In this document: positions 48,340 to 58,001 of the stretch, piece after piece | Position numbering within the stretch: the stretch's first letter is position 1 | Layout: every line of letters starts with the position of its first letter | Assembly (NCBI GenBank): GCA_002309995.1 | Contig: DBYB01000051.1 | Location: 678 to 64,677 of the forward strand | Direction: 5' to 3' | Origin: Bacteroidales bacterium UBA1197 | GTDB taxonomy: Bacteria; Bacteroidota; Bacteroidia; Bacteroidales; UBA932 | Length of the DNA: 64,000 nt | The notes under the pieces: generated by a model | Databases searched by the model: none | What the model was told of the DNA's origin: nothing | What the model saw: the letters and a program-made list of their open reading frames with translations, nothing else | Position numbers and translations under genes: made by a program

Positions 48340-49462
48340 TCTCCGTTTCGCGATTCTTCTTGTTCTCCTGGAACAATACCCATACAGCCCCAAGCATACC
48401 GCCAAGAACAAACCATAACAAAGTGAGTTTCACCTTGGAAGGTTTGCCGATATGGGGAGCAATACCAGGCTGGACCACAACCAGCACTGGAGCTTCCTGC
48501 TGCACCTTGGCACGGGCTGCCAGGAGGTTCTGGGCTGTCTGGTTGTACATCTGGTACCTTAACTGCGCTTCATTCTGATATTGCTGAACTATCACCCTGG
48601 AGGTATTAGTCATAGCACCGAGATTTGAGTCGTAATACCTTGCATATGCTCTTTGGGCTGCAAGGTAATCAGACCTGGTCTCTTCGTATATCTTCTCGTA
48701 ATAGTCCACGTTTTCACGTGCTTTTTCCGTACGGTAAGACACCACGAACTCCTGTAGCCTCTGTATGCAGTAATTGGCAACCTGGGCGGCTACGACAGGA
48801 TCCTGCATAGTCACTTTGATAGTGAGCACATAGGTGCGCTTCTCTACCGAGGCGACGATGTTCTTGGTCAATGCCTTGACTACCCTCTCCTGCTGCTTGG
48901 TAAGCCTGAGGCTATCCATCTGGGAGTGTCCTTCTGCATCATCAAAATCATCTTTCGGCACGAACAGCGACTTGACTCCGTCTATAGCCATACGAGGCAG
49001 TCCAATAACCACACCCCACCAGGGAGCCTTGCTGTAGGTGACCATATAATCGTACAGGTCCGTATGAACGACTGAGTCCCTGGTTTCAACCGTCACCGGC
49101 ATATCAAACAGGCCAACCTTGAAATTGGTGGATTTGATGACCTCGGGATACAAATCAGGGTGCATAGCGTCAGTAAGGGCCATCGTGTTCATATTGACTC
49201 CGGCCAGGCTTGCCAGCGAATTCAATCCGCTGCCAAGCGTAGAACGGGTGGCAATCTCAGGAGCAACAACGGCCTTCGTGGTGTAAGTACGCGGCGTGCT
49301 GAAGCCTATTATGATGCCAATGGCAGAACCGCATAACGCCCATAAAAGGATCTTTTTCCAATTCTTCAAGGCCAGGCGAATATATGGCATGATGTCTCCG
49401 GAAGGCTTCGATGTGCCCTCGTCGAAATCATCGAAATCGTCGAAATCGTCGTACTTTTTCAT
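48317..49462 (-). CDS. wzz: Chain-length determinant (polysaccharide co-polymerase)
   Basis: Two terminal TMs, LASLAG, P.LYP and QDP motifs, coiled coil. N-terminal DDF repeat encoded by a 9-bp tandem repeat (49421-49447). Confidence 0.85.
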   Translation of the reverse strand: MKKYDDFDDFDDFDEGTSKPSGDIMPYIRLALKNWKKILLWALCGSAIGIIIGFSTPRTYTTKAVVAPEIATRSTLGSGLNSLASLAGVNMNTMALTDAMHPDLYPEVIKSTNFKVGLFDMPVTVETRDSVVHTDLYDYMVTYSKAPWWGVVIGLPRMAIDGVKSLFVPKDDFDDAEGHSQMDSLRLTKQQERVVKALTKNIVASVEKRTYVLTIKVTMQDPVVAAQVANYCIQRLQEFVVSYRTEKARENVDYYEKIYEETRSDYLAAQRAYARYYDSNLGAMTNTSRVIVQQYQNEAQLRYQMYNQTAQNLLAARAKVQQEAPVLVVVQPGIAPHIGKPSKVKLTLLWFVLGGMLGAVWVLFQENKKNRETENVAEVND

Positions 49463-49471
49463 TATTCTCTG

Positions 49472-52048
49472 CTATTTAAAATAACTGGCGATAGTAGCGA
49501 TCATAGTGGTGATGGACGCGGCCGTCGTACCTATGCCGAGCCACTCGCCCGTGGTGAGCTTATCCTTGTCGGAACGGCCAGGAACCACGATTTCGCAACC
49601 TGGCTCAAGCTTGGCTCCCGCTCCGATAGCCACCATTCCGTTCATATAGATGACGTAGGTCTTGGCGCGGCGTGCCCTGTGGCTGAAACCACCGGCCTGG
49701 CGCACATAGTACGCTACCGGCTTGCCGGAAATGAAGTGGACGGTATTTGGATAAAGCACCTCGCCCTGCACGCGCACGGTGGAAGCCATCTCAGGGATAA
49801 TCAGCTCATCGCTGTCGCGGAGGATGATGTCGTAGTCGGAACCGGGATGTGCGAGAGCCTTGTCGAGTTCAAGACCGACGGTGTAAATCTCGGAAACCTT
49901 GAGCTTGTTCACATCCAGGGTATCACGGCTCGATGCGCTCTGGGTGACGATCTTGGACATCGCCGTACGCACGTTGCGCTCGTACTGGTTGATCTTGCGC
50001 TTGAGCATTGCGCCACGGACGTTGCCGTTGGGAGTAGGTCCGCCGGCACGCTGGACCAGGTCGGACACGCGTTCTTCGGTACTGATGAGCGTATATTGAC
50101 CCGGGAAGGTAACCTCACCGGTGATGGTAACGTTGCGCTGCTCGATGTAGGTAGGGCTGCGGCGCACGGACACCACGTCGTAAGGCTGGAGCTCGAATCC
50201 CTTGGCACCGTCTTCGACCAGGCCATCCTTGATGGAAAGTTCGTAAACTTTTGCCAAAGTGTCAGAGGCGGCAGTGCTGGAAGGAACATTGATACGGCGG
50301 GAGATATCGACCTTGGCGGAAGAAGCACCTTCGGAGAGACCTCCGGCGAGGAGAATAAGGTCTTCCAGAGTGGTATGCTCGGCAAACTGGTACTTTCCGG
50401 GATTGACCACATAGCCGGTAATGCTGAGGTCACCCTTGAGTTCTATCTCATTCACGTTGGAGATGACGAGTACGTCGCCCTTCTTGAGCATTATGTCCTC
50501 CACATTCCCATCGAGAATGCCTTTGAGAGGCACGGAAACGATCTCGAGCGAGCGGTCCTGCTTCTCGCGGACTATCTGTGCCCTTCCAAGGAAAGCATCT
50601 TCCAGAGTGCCGCCTGCGTGGGCCACCAGCTGGCTGACGGTCTGGATGTCGCCGCCAAGCTCGAAACTGCCCGGACGGTAAACCGCGCCCTTGATGTCCA
50701 CCTTGTTGGTAAAGACGGTTATGTTGCTACCCCTCACGTACGCCGCATCTCCGTCCTTCATCCCGAAGGTGTCGATATCAGCAGCCTTGATAGTGAACAT
50801 ATTGTTCTGACGGCCGTCGTTGCGCTCGACGTTCACGTCGTCCTGCCAGGCGCCGCTGGCATATCCGCCGGCATACTTAATGAGGGCGGAGAGAGACTCG
50901 CCGTCACGGAGTTCATAGAACATAGGGCGCTTGACGAAGCCTTCGATACTTACCAGGGATGCATAAGGAGGAACGTTGATAACATCGCCTTCCTTCAGGG
51001 CTACGTTATTGTCCAGTTTGCCGTTGAAAATGTACTCGTACACATCCACACAAGCGAATTCCTCTCCGCCACGGATGACCTTGACGTTCCTGAGTGAACC
51101 AATCTCGGTAATGCCTCCTGCCCTGTAGATGGCGTTGAATACCGTAGTGAAAGCAGACAGCCTGTACGTACCGGGAGCCTCGACTTCACCGAGGACATTG
51201 ATTTGCACAGTCCTGACCTTTCCAAGCGTAAGCGACAATTGCGAAGTGCCATTACGAAGTGATGAATAAATCTTGCTCAGTGAAGACTTGATTTTGCCCC
51301 GAGCCTCCTTGACAGTAAGACCGGCAAGGTTTATTGGACCAACCTGAGAAATGATTATTCGGCCCTCAGGACTGATATCCTGCCTGATCATTGCCTCGTT
51401 TACGCCCCAGACATCAATGACGACCTCGTCTCCGGGACCGAGCACATAATCCTCAGGAGTTGCGAGGTTCTGGTTGGGCTCGAAGGAAAGGCTCTGGGAA
51501 GAGAATATGTTGTGCCCGTAGATAATCTTGTAACCATCCTCGTCGTACAGGGGGTCTTCGACTTCTTCTTCCTCCTCCTCAGTAACAGCTTCAGGGATAG
51601 GCTTTCCGGTCAGCGGGTCAATAACGAGTTCTTTCTTGACCTTGATCGAATTGGCCTGGCTCTTTACCCTCTTGACCTTCTTGGGCTTCTTTACTGATGC
51701 CTTCTTTGCGGTTTTGTCGGCGGCAGTGGTGGAAGAAACCGACTTTCCGGAATCCTCTTCCAGGGACACGGGCCTCCTGCCTGTCCTCTGGCCGTCCAGT
51801 TTGGTCGCTATTTCGGGGACTTCGGACATGCCGAGGCTGCCGCTCTTGTAGGCTTTCATAAGCCTCTGGAGCTGGGAGGTAGTGACGCCCTTGGCCACGA
51901 GTTCGGAAGCGATCTGGCTTTCGGATTTACCGGCAGCGACACCGGTAGTGATGTACGAGATTATCTGATTGTCAGACATCTGCGCAAACGCCTGCTGGGC
52001 GCCCAGCGCGAGCAGGGCCACCAGCAGAAAAATGATTCTTTTTCGCAT
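49472..52048 (-). CDS. Polysaccharide export protein with multiple SLBB domains (Wza/KpsD-like)
   Basis: YVLGPGD motif and repeated GEV..PG.Y/AGG SLBB units; signal peptide. Confidence 0.9.
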   Translation of the reverse strand: MRKRIIFLLVALLALGAQQAFAQMSDNQIISYITTGVAAGKSESQIASELVAKGVTTSQLQRLMKAYKSGSLGMSEVPEIATKLDGQRTGRRPVSLEEDSGKSVSSTTAADKTAKKASVKKPKKVKRVKSQANSIKVKKELVIDPLTGKPIPEAVTEEEEEEVEDPLYDEDGYKIIYGHNIFSSQSLSFEPNQNLATPEDYVLGPGDEVVIDVWGVNEAMIRQDISPEGRIIISQVGPINLAGLTVKEARGKIKSSLSKIYSSLRNGTSQLSLTLGKVRTVQINVLGEVEAPGTYRLSAFTTVFNAIYRAGGITEIGSLRNVKVIRGGEEFACVDVYEYIFNGKLDNNVALKEGDVINVPPYASLVSIEGFVKRPMFYELRDGESLSALIKYAGGYASGAWQDDVNVERNDGRQNNMFTIKAADIDTFGMKDGDAAYVRGSNITVFTNKVDIKGAVYRPGSFELGGDIQTVSQLVAHAGGTLEDAFLGRAQIVREKQDRSLEIVSVPLKGILDGNVEDIMLKKGDVLVISNVNEIELKGDLSITGYVVNPGKYQFAEHTTLEDLILLAGGLSEGASSAKVDISRRINVPSSTAASDTLAKVYELSIKDGLVEDGAKGFELQPYDVVSVRRSPTYIEQRNVTITGEVTFPGQYTLISTEERVSDLVQRAGGPTPNGNVRGAMLKRKINQYERNVRTAMSKIVTQSASSRDTLDVNKLKVSEIYTVGLELDKALAHPGSDYDIILRDSDELIIPEMASTVRVQGEVLYPNTVHFISGKPVAYYVRQAGGFSHRARRAKTYVIYMNGMVAIGAGAKLEPGCEIVVPGRSDKDKLTTGEWLGIGTTAASITTMIATIASYFK

Positions 52049-52120
52049 ATCGTGTTATTAATGAATACAACTTCGTTTCCGCCTGTCACATCTAAAGATG
52101 CGGGCGCAAAACCTATTTCG

Positions 52121-52128
52121 CAAATGTA
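52121..52128 (-). promoter_or_regulatory. Capsule operon promoter (-7 element)
   Basis: TACATTTG on the minus strand, 72 bp upstream of the first capsule gene. Confidence 0.65.
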
Positions 52129-52148
52129 AATAAAATAATAGAAAAATC

Positions 52149-53468
52149 CTAACGGAAACCCTTCAAACGCTGACGGAGAGAGCCGTCCATAGCCATCTTC
52201 ATCATCTTACGGGTCTGCTCGAACTGTTTGAGCAGCTTGTTGACGTCGGCGAGCGAAGTGCCGGAGCCCTTGGCTATGCGCTGGCGGCGGGAGCCGTTGA
52301 TGCACTCGGGATGCTCCTTCTCGTAAGGGGTCATAGACTGGATGATAGCCTCGGTAGGCTTGAATGCATCCTCGGGAATATCGACGTCTTTGAGAGCCTT
52401 GTCCATACCCGGCAGCATACCCATCAGATCCTTTGCGGAACCCATCTTCTGCACCTGCTGGAGCTGCTCATAGAAATCGTTGATGGTGAATTGATTGCGG
52501 GCAATCTTCTTATGCAGTTCTCGAGCCTGCTTTTCATCGAACTGTTCCTGCGCTTTTTCGACCAGGGAGACCACGTCGCCCATACCCAGGATACGGTCTG
52601 CGACACGGGCCGGATAGAACATATCCAGAGCCTCCATCTTCTCGCCCGTACTCACGAACTTGATGGGCTTGCCGGTAACCGCCTTGATGCTCAAGGCCGC
52701 ACCGCCTCTGGTGTCGCCGTCCATCTTGGTGAGCACCACGCCATCGTAATCGATGGCCTCGTTGAAGGCCTTCGCGCTCTCCACGGCATCCTGGCCGGTC
52801 ATCGCATCAACTACGAACAGCGTCTCGTCTGGTTTGAGGGAATCGTGCAGGAGAGATATCTCATCCATCAGCTCCTTGTCCACCACCAGGCGGCCGGCGG
52901 TATCGACCACGACCACGTTGTAGCCCTGCGTGCGGGCGTGCTTGACAGCCTCCTGGGCCACCTTCACGGGGTCCTTCTCTCCTTCCAGCGTGAATACCGG
53001 AACGCCCACCTGGGCGCCCAGGGTCTTGAGCTGCTCGATTGCGGCCGGGCGGAAAGTGTCGCAGGCTGCAAGCAAAACCTTGCGGCCCTTGCGGCTCTTC
53101 AGCCAAAGGGCCAGCTTGCCCGAGAAAGTAGTCTTACCGGAACCGTTGAGACCGGCGACAAGAACTACGGAAGGGGTGTTGCGCAGATTGACCTCCGAGT
53201 GTTCGGAGCCCATGAATTCGGCCAGCTCGTCGTGGACGATCTTGACCATCATCTGCTGGGGCTTCACGGCCGTCAACACATTGGCGCCCATGGCTTTCTG
53301 CTTCACGCGGTCGCAGAACTCCTTGGCCACCTTGTAGCTCACGTCGGCATCCAGCAGGGCCCTGCGGATTTCCTTAAGCGTTTCGGCTATATTTATCTCA
53401 CTTATCTTACCTTCGCCCTTCAGGATCTTAAAGGACCGTTCCAACCTTTCGGAGAGATTATCGAACAT
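52149..53468 (-). CDS. ffh: Signal recognition particle protein
   Basis: GLNGSGKTT, DTFRPAA, DTAGR and DGDTRGGAALS motifs; M domain. Confidence 0.97.
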   Translation of the reverse strand: MFDNLSERLERSFKILKGEGKISEINIAETLKEIRRALLDADVSYKVAKEFCDRVKQKAMGANVLTAVKPQQMMVKIVHDELAEFMGSEHSEVNLRNTPSVVLVAGLNGSGKTTFSGKLALWLKSRKGRKVLLAACDTFRPAAIEQLKTLGAQVGVPVFTLEGEKDPVKVAQEAVKHARTQGYNVVVVDTAGRLVVDKELMDEISLLHDSLKPDETLFVVDAMTGQDAVESAKAFNEAIDYDGVVLTKMDGDTRGGAALSIKAVTGKPIKFVSTGEKMEALDMFYPARVADRILGMGDVVSLVEKAQEQFDEKQARELHKKIARNQFTINDFYEQLQQVQKMGSAKDLMGMLPGMDKALKDVDIPEDAFKPTEAIIQSMTPYEKEHPECINGSRRQRIAKGSGTSLADVNKLLKQFEQTRKMMKMAMDGSLRQRLKGFR

Positions 53469-53501
53469 ACTGCGTAACTCCTTTAAAAATTTGCCAAAAT
53501 T

Positions 53502-53909
53502 ATGAAAAAATTATCATTTATCGCCAATGTATTCGGCAAAAAGCAAACAAACCGGATAATCGGCTCCCTGTTATACCAGGCAGAGGCCCGGACCAGGCGG
53601 ACTATGGAAAAGTGGATTGCCGACAGAGGCTGGGCAGAGAACATTTCGTTCGAAGAGCTTAGCGCAAAACTGGGCCTCAGCAAGCAGAAGATAAGCCTCT
53701 ACGCCCACCATTACCATCACACCAGCTTCTCCCACCTGCGCACGCTCCTCCGCATCGAGGAGGCCAAGCGCCTGCTGCTGGAAAACCCGAAAATGCCTTC
53801 CTCGCTCATAGCCGAGCTGGTGGGCATTTCCGACAAAAGCAATTTCCGGCGCCTGTTCAGGCAGGTCACGGGGTACTATCCGGGAGAATGGAGAAAACTA
53901 AAACAGTAA
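53502..53909 (+). CDS. AraC-family HTH protein (DNA-binding domain only)
   Basis: LRIEEAKRLL...IAELVGISDKSNFRRLF..VTG..P.EWR motif. Confidence 0.8.
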   Translation: MKKLSFIANVFGKKQTNRIIGSLLYQAEARTRRTMEKWIADRGWAENISFEELSAKLGLSKQKISLYAHHYHHTSFSHLRTLLRIEEAKRLLLENPKMPSSLIAELVGISDKSNFRRLFRQVTGYYPGEWRKLKQ

Positions 53910-55610
53910 CTCCAGGTCCTTTTTCAGCAAAGGTGCTGCGATATCCTCGGGCACGAAGCGCCAGGAGCCGAGCACCGCCCTGTCGCGCATCTGGAACGGC
54001 CCCACGGATCCATTGGTCTTGATGAAACTGTACACCAGGACCCTTATCTCGGGATAACGCGCCACTACCCTGCCCTGAAGTTCGGAATGAGGGATGCCCG
54101 CTCCTTCCGTGAGCAGGTCGCCTCCGCCGTTGGCGCGATAGGAAGTCATTGCAACGTCGTACGAGGCGTCCTCGTCGAAAGGCGTACCGTCTGCGAACGA
54201 ACTGATGCTCACGCGGCTGCCGGCGGGCTTGGTAATATCCACTGTATAATTGATTCCCGCGGCCGAATCGAAGTTGTAGCTGCGGTTCACGAAAGACCAC
54301 TTGACGGCCCCGGTTCGGGCGTCCGGCCTGTCTTTGATGAGAAGCACGTGCCCGGCGTCATTCTGTATCCACTTGCTGTAGGAATATTCCAGGAGCGACT
54401 TTACCTCACGCCCCGTCATCCGCAGCACGAACAGCTTGTTCTCGAATGGATACACGGTAAACATATCGTTGTACACCAGCTGCCCGGCGGACACGTGGCC
54501 GTTGAAAGTCAGCGGCGCGGCAATGGAGATCCGGGCTCCGGAAGCCGCCATCTGCACCGTCTGCAGGAGGTCGATGTAGGGGTTCATCCCGATGTAGGCG
54601 TCACGGGTTTCGAGGGGCATCTCGAGTTTGCCGACGGGCTGCATCGTGAATTCCTTCACCGCCTCGAAATCGGGCCGGAAGGCAGCAGCCATCTCCGCAT
54701 CAACCTTCGACCTGTCCAGGCGGTGAATCTCGCCCTCAACCGTCGTCTTTTTGAAGAACTTGCCGAAGTGGATGACCGCGTGGCCCACGTTGGAGCAGCG
54801 GGCGCCGCCGTTCACGAGCACGCTCCTGCCGTCCGGAGTACTTTCGCAGAAAGGCTGATGGTCGTGGGCGCAGACCAGCACGTCGATGCCCTTGGACTGA
54901 CGGAAAATGTCCAGTCCCTGGCTCTCCAGGGAGCATTCGTCGCCCTTGCCCGTACCGGAGTGCACAACGACGACTACGGCGTCCGGCCTGACCTGCTTGC
55001 GCAGTGCGGCAACCCTGTCGCGTACCAGCGGCACGAGCGAGGCGTGGCGCATACCGCTCCACAGATCCGGCGAGAGCCAGCCGTCGATGTTGGCGTTATT
55101 GAAACCGATTACCAATATGCGCTTTCCGCTCTTCTTAATAACGGTGTACTCCTGGAAATAGGTACCCTCACCGTTGTCGCGGAAGGCGTTGCCGGCCAGC
55201 CAGGGAATGCCTTTGGCCTCCAGTTCCGCCCGCACGCGGTCATATACGGCGTGACCCGCCTCGATGTCGTGGTTGCCTACCGTACAGACGTCGTAGCCCA
55301 TATATGCGGCGATACGCGGGTAGATGTGCGGGGCGTCAGTTGCCACATAGTTGAAATAATAGGAGGCGTTGTCGCCCTGGAGGCAGTCGCCGGCGTCCAG
55401 CAGGAGGACGTTATCAGGGCCGACCGCAGCGCGGAGGCTGTCGGCATAGGCCTTGACCGACATCAGGCTGTTGCGCGGGTTGTCGCCCACGTAGGAACGG
55501 CTGAAGAAGGAGCCGTGGACGTCGCCGGTGGTGATGATGTGGAGGTCCTGGGCGAAGGCGGCCAGCGCGAGCCCGAGGAGCAGCAGGACGGAGGATACTA
55601 TTTTTTTCAT
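53898..55610 (-). CDS. Bifunctional metallophosphatase / 5'-nucleotidase (CpdB/UshA-like)
   Basis: TGDVHG, DAGDCLQG, GNHD, HSG, HDH, YPFEN and SYRANGGG motifs. Confidence 0.9.
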   Translation of the reverse strand: MKKIVSSVLLLLGLALAAFAQDLHIITTGDVHGSFFSRSYVGDNPRNSLMSVKAYADSLRAAVGPDNVLLLDAGDCLQGDNASYYFNYVATDAPHIYPRIAAYMGYDVCTVGNHDIEAGHAVYDRVRAELEAKGIPWLAGNAFRDNGEGTYFQEYTVIKKSGKRILVIGFNNANIDGWLSPDLWSGMRHASLVPLVRDRVAALRKQVRPDAVVVVVHSGTGKGDECSLESQGLDIFRQSKGIDVLVCAHDHQPFCESTPDGRSVLVNGGARCSNVGHAVIHFGKFFKKTTVEGEIHRLDRSKVDAEMAAAFRPDFEAVKEFTMQPVGKLEMPLETRDAYIGMNPYIDLLQTVQMAASGARISIAAPLTFNGHVSAGQLVYNDMFTVYPFENKLFVLRMTGREVKSLLEYSYSKWIQNDAGHVLLIKDRPDARTGAVKWSFVNRSYNFDSAAGINYTVDITKPAGSRVSISSFADGTPFDEDASYDVAMTSYRANGGGDLLTEGAGIPHSELQGRVVARYPEIRVLVYSFIKTNGSVGPFQMRDRAVLGSWRFVPEDIAAPLLKKDLELLF

Positions 55611-55618
55611 ACTGTCAG

Positions 55619-55635
55619 CAAATTTAGTATTTTTG
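55619..55635. promoter_or_regulatory. Back-to-back divergent -7 promoter elements
   Basis: CAAATTTA at 55619-55626 and TATTTTTG at 55628-55635, in a 33-bp intergenic gap. Confidence 0.6.
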
Positions 55636-55643
55636 CGCCGATT

Positions 55644-56483
55644 ATGAAACTCATCACGCCAGTCATCGCGGATTCCGCGCAGCAGCCCTTCAGGCTATCC
55701 GACAGGATAGTGCTGCTGGGCAGTTGCTTCGCCGACAGCATCGGAGCCAGGCTCACGGCGGCAGGCTTCAGCACCTGCATCAACCCCTTCGGCACGCTGT
55801 ACAATCCCCTTTCCATACTGGAGGCCGTGCGCAGGCTCGATTCCGGAGAGCCGTTTGACGCCGCCGACTGCGTGGAGATGGGCGCCGGCGCCGGCCGCAT
55901 CTGCTCCTTCCGGCACCATACATCCTTCGCCCGCAGCACGCAGGAGGAATTCCTGCAGCACGCAAATGAGGAACTGGCCCGCGCACGCGAGGCGTGGATG
56001 CAGGCGACGCGCGTAATCATTACTTTGGGTACTGCGTTCGTATGGTACCACGACGGCCAGCCGGTGGCCAACTGCCTCAAGCGGCCGGCGGCGGAGTTTA
56101 CGCGCAGGATGCTGAACGTGAGCGAGATAAGCGAGGCCCTGCAGGCCATAATCTCCGCGCATCCGGAGAAGCGCTTCACCATCACCGTATCCCCAATCAG
56201 GCATATGGGCGACGGAGCCCACGCCAACGCGCTCAGCAAGGCCTCCCTGATGCTGGGCGCCAAGGACCTGCCGGCGGATTACTTCCCCGCGTACGAGATA
56301 ATGATGGACGAGCTGCGCGACTACCGATTCTATGCCGACGATATGCTGCACCCCTCGGATACGGCCGTCCGGTACATCTGGGAGCGTTTCCTCGAAGTGT
56401 ATGTCGATCCCGCCGGCCTGCCGGCCATCGCCGCAAACGAAAAAGCGGCGCGAATCGCTTCGCACCGCCCTAATCTTAAATAG
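55644..56483 (+). CDS. GSCFA-domain protein
   Basis: LGSCFA, NPFGTLYNP, TVSPIRH, YFPAYEI and DMLHPS motifs. True start is 55644. Confidence 0.9.
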   Translation: MKLITPVIADSAQQPFRLSDRIVLLGSCFADSIGARLTAAGFSTCINPFGTLYNPLSILEAVRRLDSGEPFDAADCVEMGAGAGRICSFRHHTSFARSTQEEFLQHANEELARAREAWMQATRVIITLGTAFVWYHDGQPVANCLKRPAAEFTRRMLNVSEISEALQAIISAHPEKRFTITVSPIRHMGDGAHANALSKASLMLGAKDLPADYFPAYEIMMDELRDYRFYADDMLHPSDTAVRYIWERFLEVYVDPAGLPAIAANEKAARIASHRPNLK

Positions 56484-56489
56484 CCGTTT

Positions 56490-57239
56490 TTATTCCTCCG
56501 GCTTCATCGTGGTGTAAACGTTGGTGACGTCCTCGTCATCCTCGAGGAGGCCCGTAAGTTTGTCGAGGGTGGCGCGCTGCTCGGGGGTGACTTCCTTGAG
56601 ATCCACGTTGGGGATCTGCTCGAAACCTCCGGAAATCAGCTCGTAGCCGTTCTCCTCGATGTACTTCTGTATGGAACCGTAAGAAGTGGGATCGCCGTAC
56701 ATGACGATGACCTTGGTCTCGTTGTCGTCCTTATCGACCTCCACCTGCTCGAAGAGTTCCTCCACGCCGTAGTCGATGAGCTCGAGCTCGAGTTCTTCCA
56801 GATCGACGCCGTCCTTCTCCTTTACGCGGAAGGTGCATTTGCGGTCGAACATAAAGGACACGCTGCCGCTGGTGCCGAGGGAGCCGCCGCACTTGTTGAA
56901 GTAGCTGCGGACGTTGGCCACGGTACGGGTGTTGTTGTCGGTTGCAGCCTCAACCAGGTAGGCGATACCGAAGGGACCGAAGCCTTCGTAAACGATCTCC
57001 TTGAAGTCGCCCTGCTTGCTCTCGGTGGCCTTCTTGATGGCCCTCTCGATGTTTTCCTTGGGCATCTGCTCGGAACGGGCCTCGGCCATAAGGGCGCGGA
57101 GGCGCGGGTTGCCGGTGACGTCGGGACCGCCCTGCTTGACGGCGATGGTGATTTCCTTACCGAGCTTGGTGAAAGTACGGGCCATATGGCCCCACCTCTT
57201 CAGCTTCCTTTCCTTACGGAATTCAAATGCTCTTCCCAT
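56490..57239 (-). CDS. yebC: YebC/PmpR family protein
   Basis: MGRAFE.RK, NPRLR, YEGFGP and TDN.TRT motifs. Confidence 0.93.
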   Translation of the reverse strand: MGRAFEFRKERKLKRWGHMARTFTKLGKEITIAVKQGGPDVTGNPRLRALMAEARSEQMPKENIERAIKKATESKQGDFKEIVYEGFGPFGIAYLVEAATDNNTRTVANVRSYFNKCGGSLGTSGSVSFMFDRKCTFRVKEKDGVDLEELELELIDYGVEELFEQVEVDKDDNETKVIVMYGDPTSYGSIQKYIEENGYELISGGFEQIPNVDLKEVTPEQRATLDKLTGLLEDDEDVTNVYTTMKPEE

Positions 57240-57241
57240 AA

Positions 57242-57922
57242 TTATTCGGCTTCTGCGCGGGTGATGTACTTATCGATGTCGTAGCCCTCGATGGACTGGG
57301 GATACTTGTCCTTGATGACCTTGTAGCACTCGACGGCCTTGGCCTTCTCGCCGAGCTGCTCATATACCAGACCGGCCTTGAGGAGGTACTGGGCGGCGAA
57401 CATATTGTCAGCCTTGCCTGCAGCCTTCACGTATGCGGAGACGGCCTCGTCGTACTTCTCGAGTCCCACGTAGGCGTCGCCCTGGCAGGCGATGGCACGG
57501 GCGGCGAGGATAGGCTCCTTGCCGTTGTATTTCTTAAGATATGCGAGGGCGTCCTCGAACTGCCCGAGCTGGAGGGCGCACACACCTGCCTCCATAAACA
57601 CTGCGCTGCCGGCCTTTGCACCGTAGTCGGCAATCACGTCGGCCAGGCCGAGCACGTTGCCGTCGCCGTTGAGAGCAAGCTCGTACTCGCCTGCGGCAAA
57701 GCTCTGCTCAGCGGGGAAAGCCTGCTGGGCGGCCTCGTTGCACTTGGGCTGATAGACCAGCTTCACATATGCGAAAACGCAGAGGGCGCAGACAACCAGG
57801 GCGCACACTACAGTCCAGATGGTTTTCTTGTGCTCGTTGTAGAACTGATCGGTTTTGGAGACTGTCTCCTCGAGATTCTCCTGGCGGAGAGCCTCTTTCT
57901 CGTTTACTTTATCCTTTGCCAT
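57242..57922 (-). CDS. Membrane-anchored TPR protein (YfgM-like)
   Basis: N-terminal TM, ALNGDG motif, TPR helices. Confidence 0.8.
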   Translation of the reverse strand: MAKDKVNEKEALRQENLEETVSKTDQFYNEHKKTIWTVVCALVVCALCVFAYVKLVYQPKCNEAAQQAFPAEQSFAAGEYELALNGDGNVLGLADVIADYGAKAGSAVFMEAGVCALQLGQFEDALAYLKKYNGKEPILAARAIACQGDAYVGLEKYDEAVSAYVKAAGKADNMFAAQYLLKAGLVYEQLGEKAKAVECYKVIKDKYPQSIEGYDIDKYITRAEAE

Positions 57923-58001
57923 ATTTTAGTAATTTTTGATTTTCTCAATAAAATAGCTGACAAAGGTAGTAAATTCAATTAAAATATCCTAATTTTGCAA
58001 T

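Noticed and set aside
49421-49447. 9-bp tandem repeat in wzz as a phase-variation switch
   Set aside because: In-frame unit encoding DDF; copy-number change would not disrupt the frame.
52049-52148. Invertible (phase-variable) capsule promoter
   Set aside because: No inverted repeats flank the -7 element and there is no recombinase in the locus.
54087-55643. Apparent 798-aa GSCFA fusion protein
   Set aside because: The N-terminal 519 codons are antisense to the 5'-nucleotidase; the promoter and ATG at 55644 define the real start.
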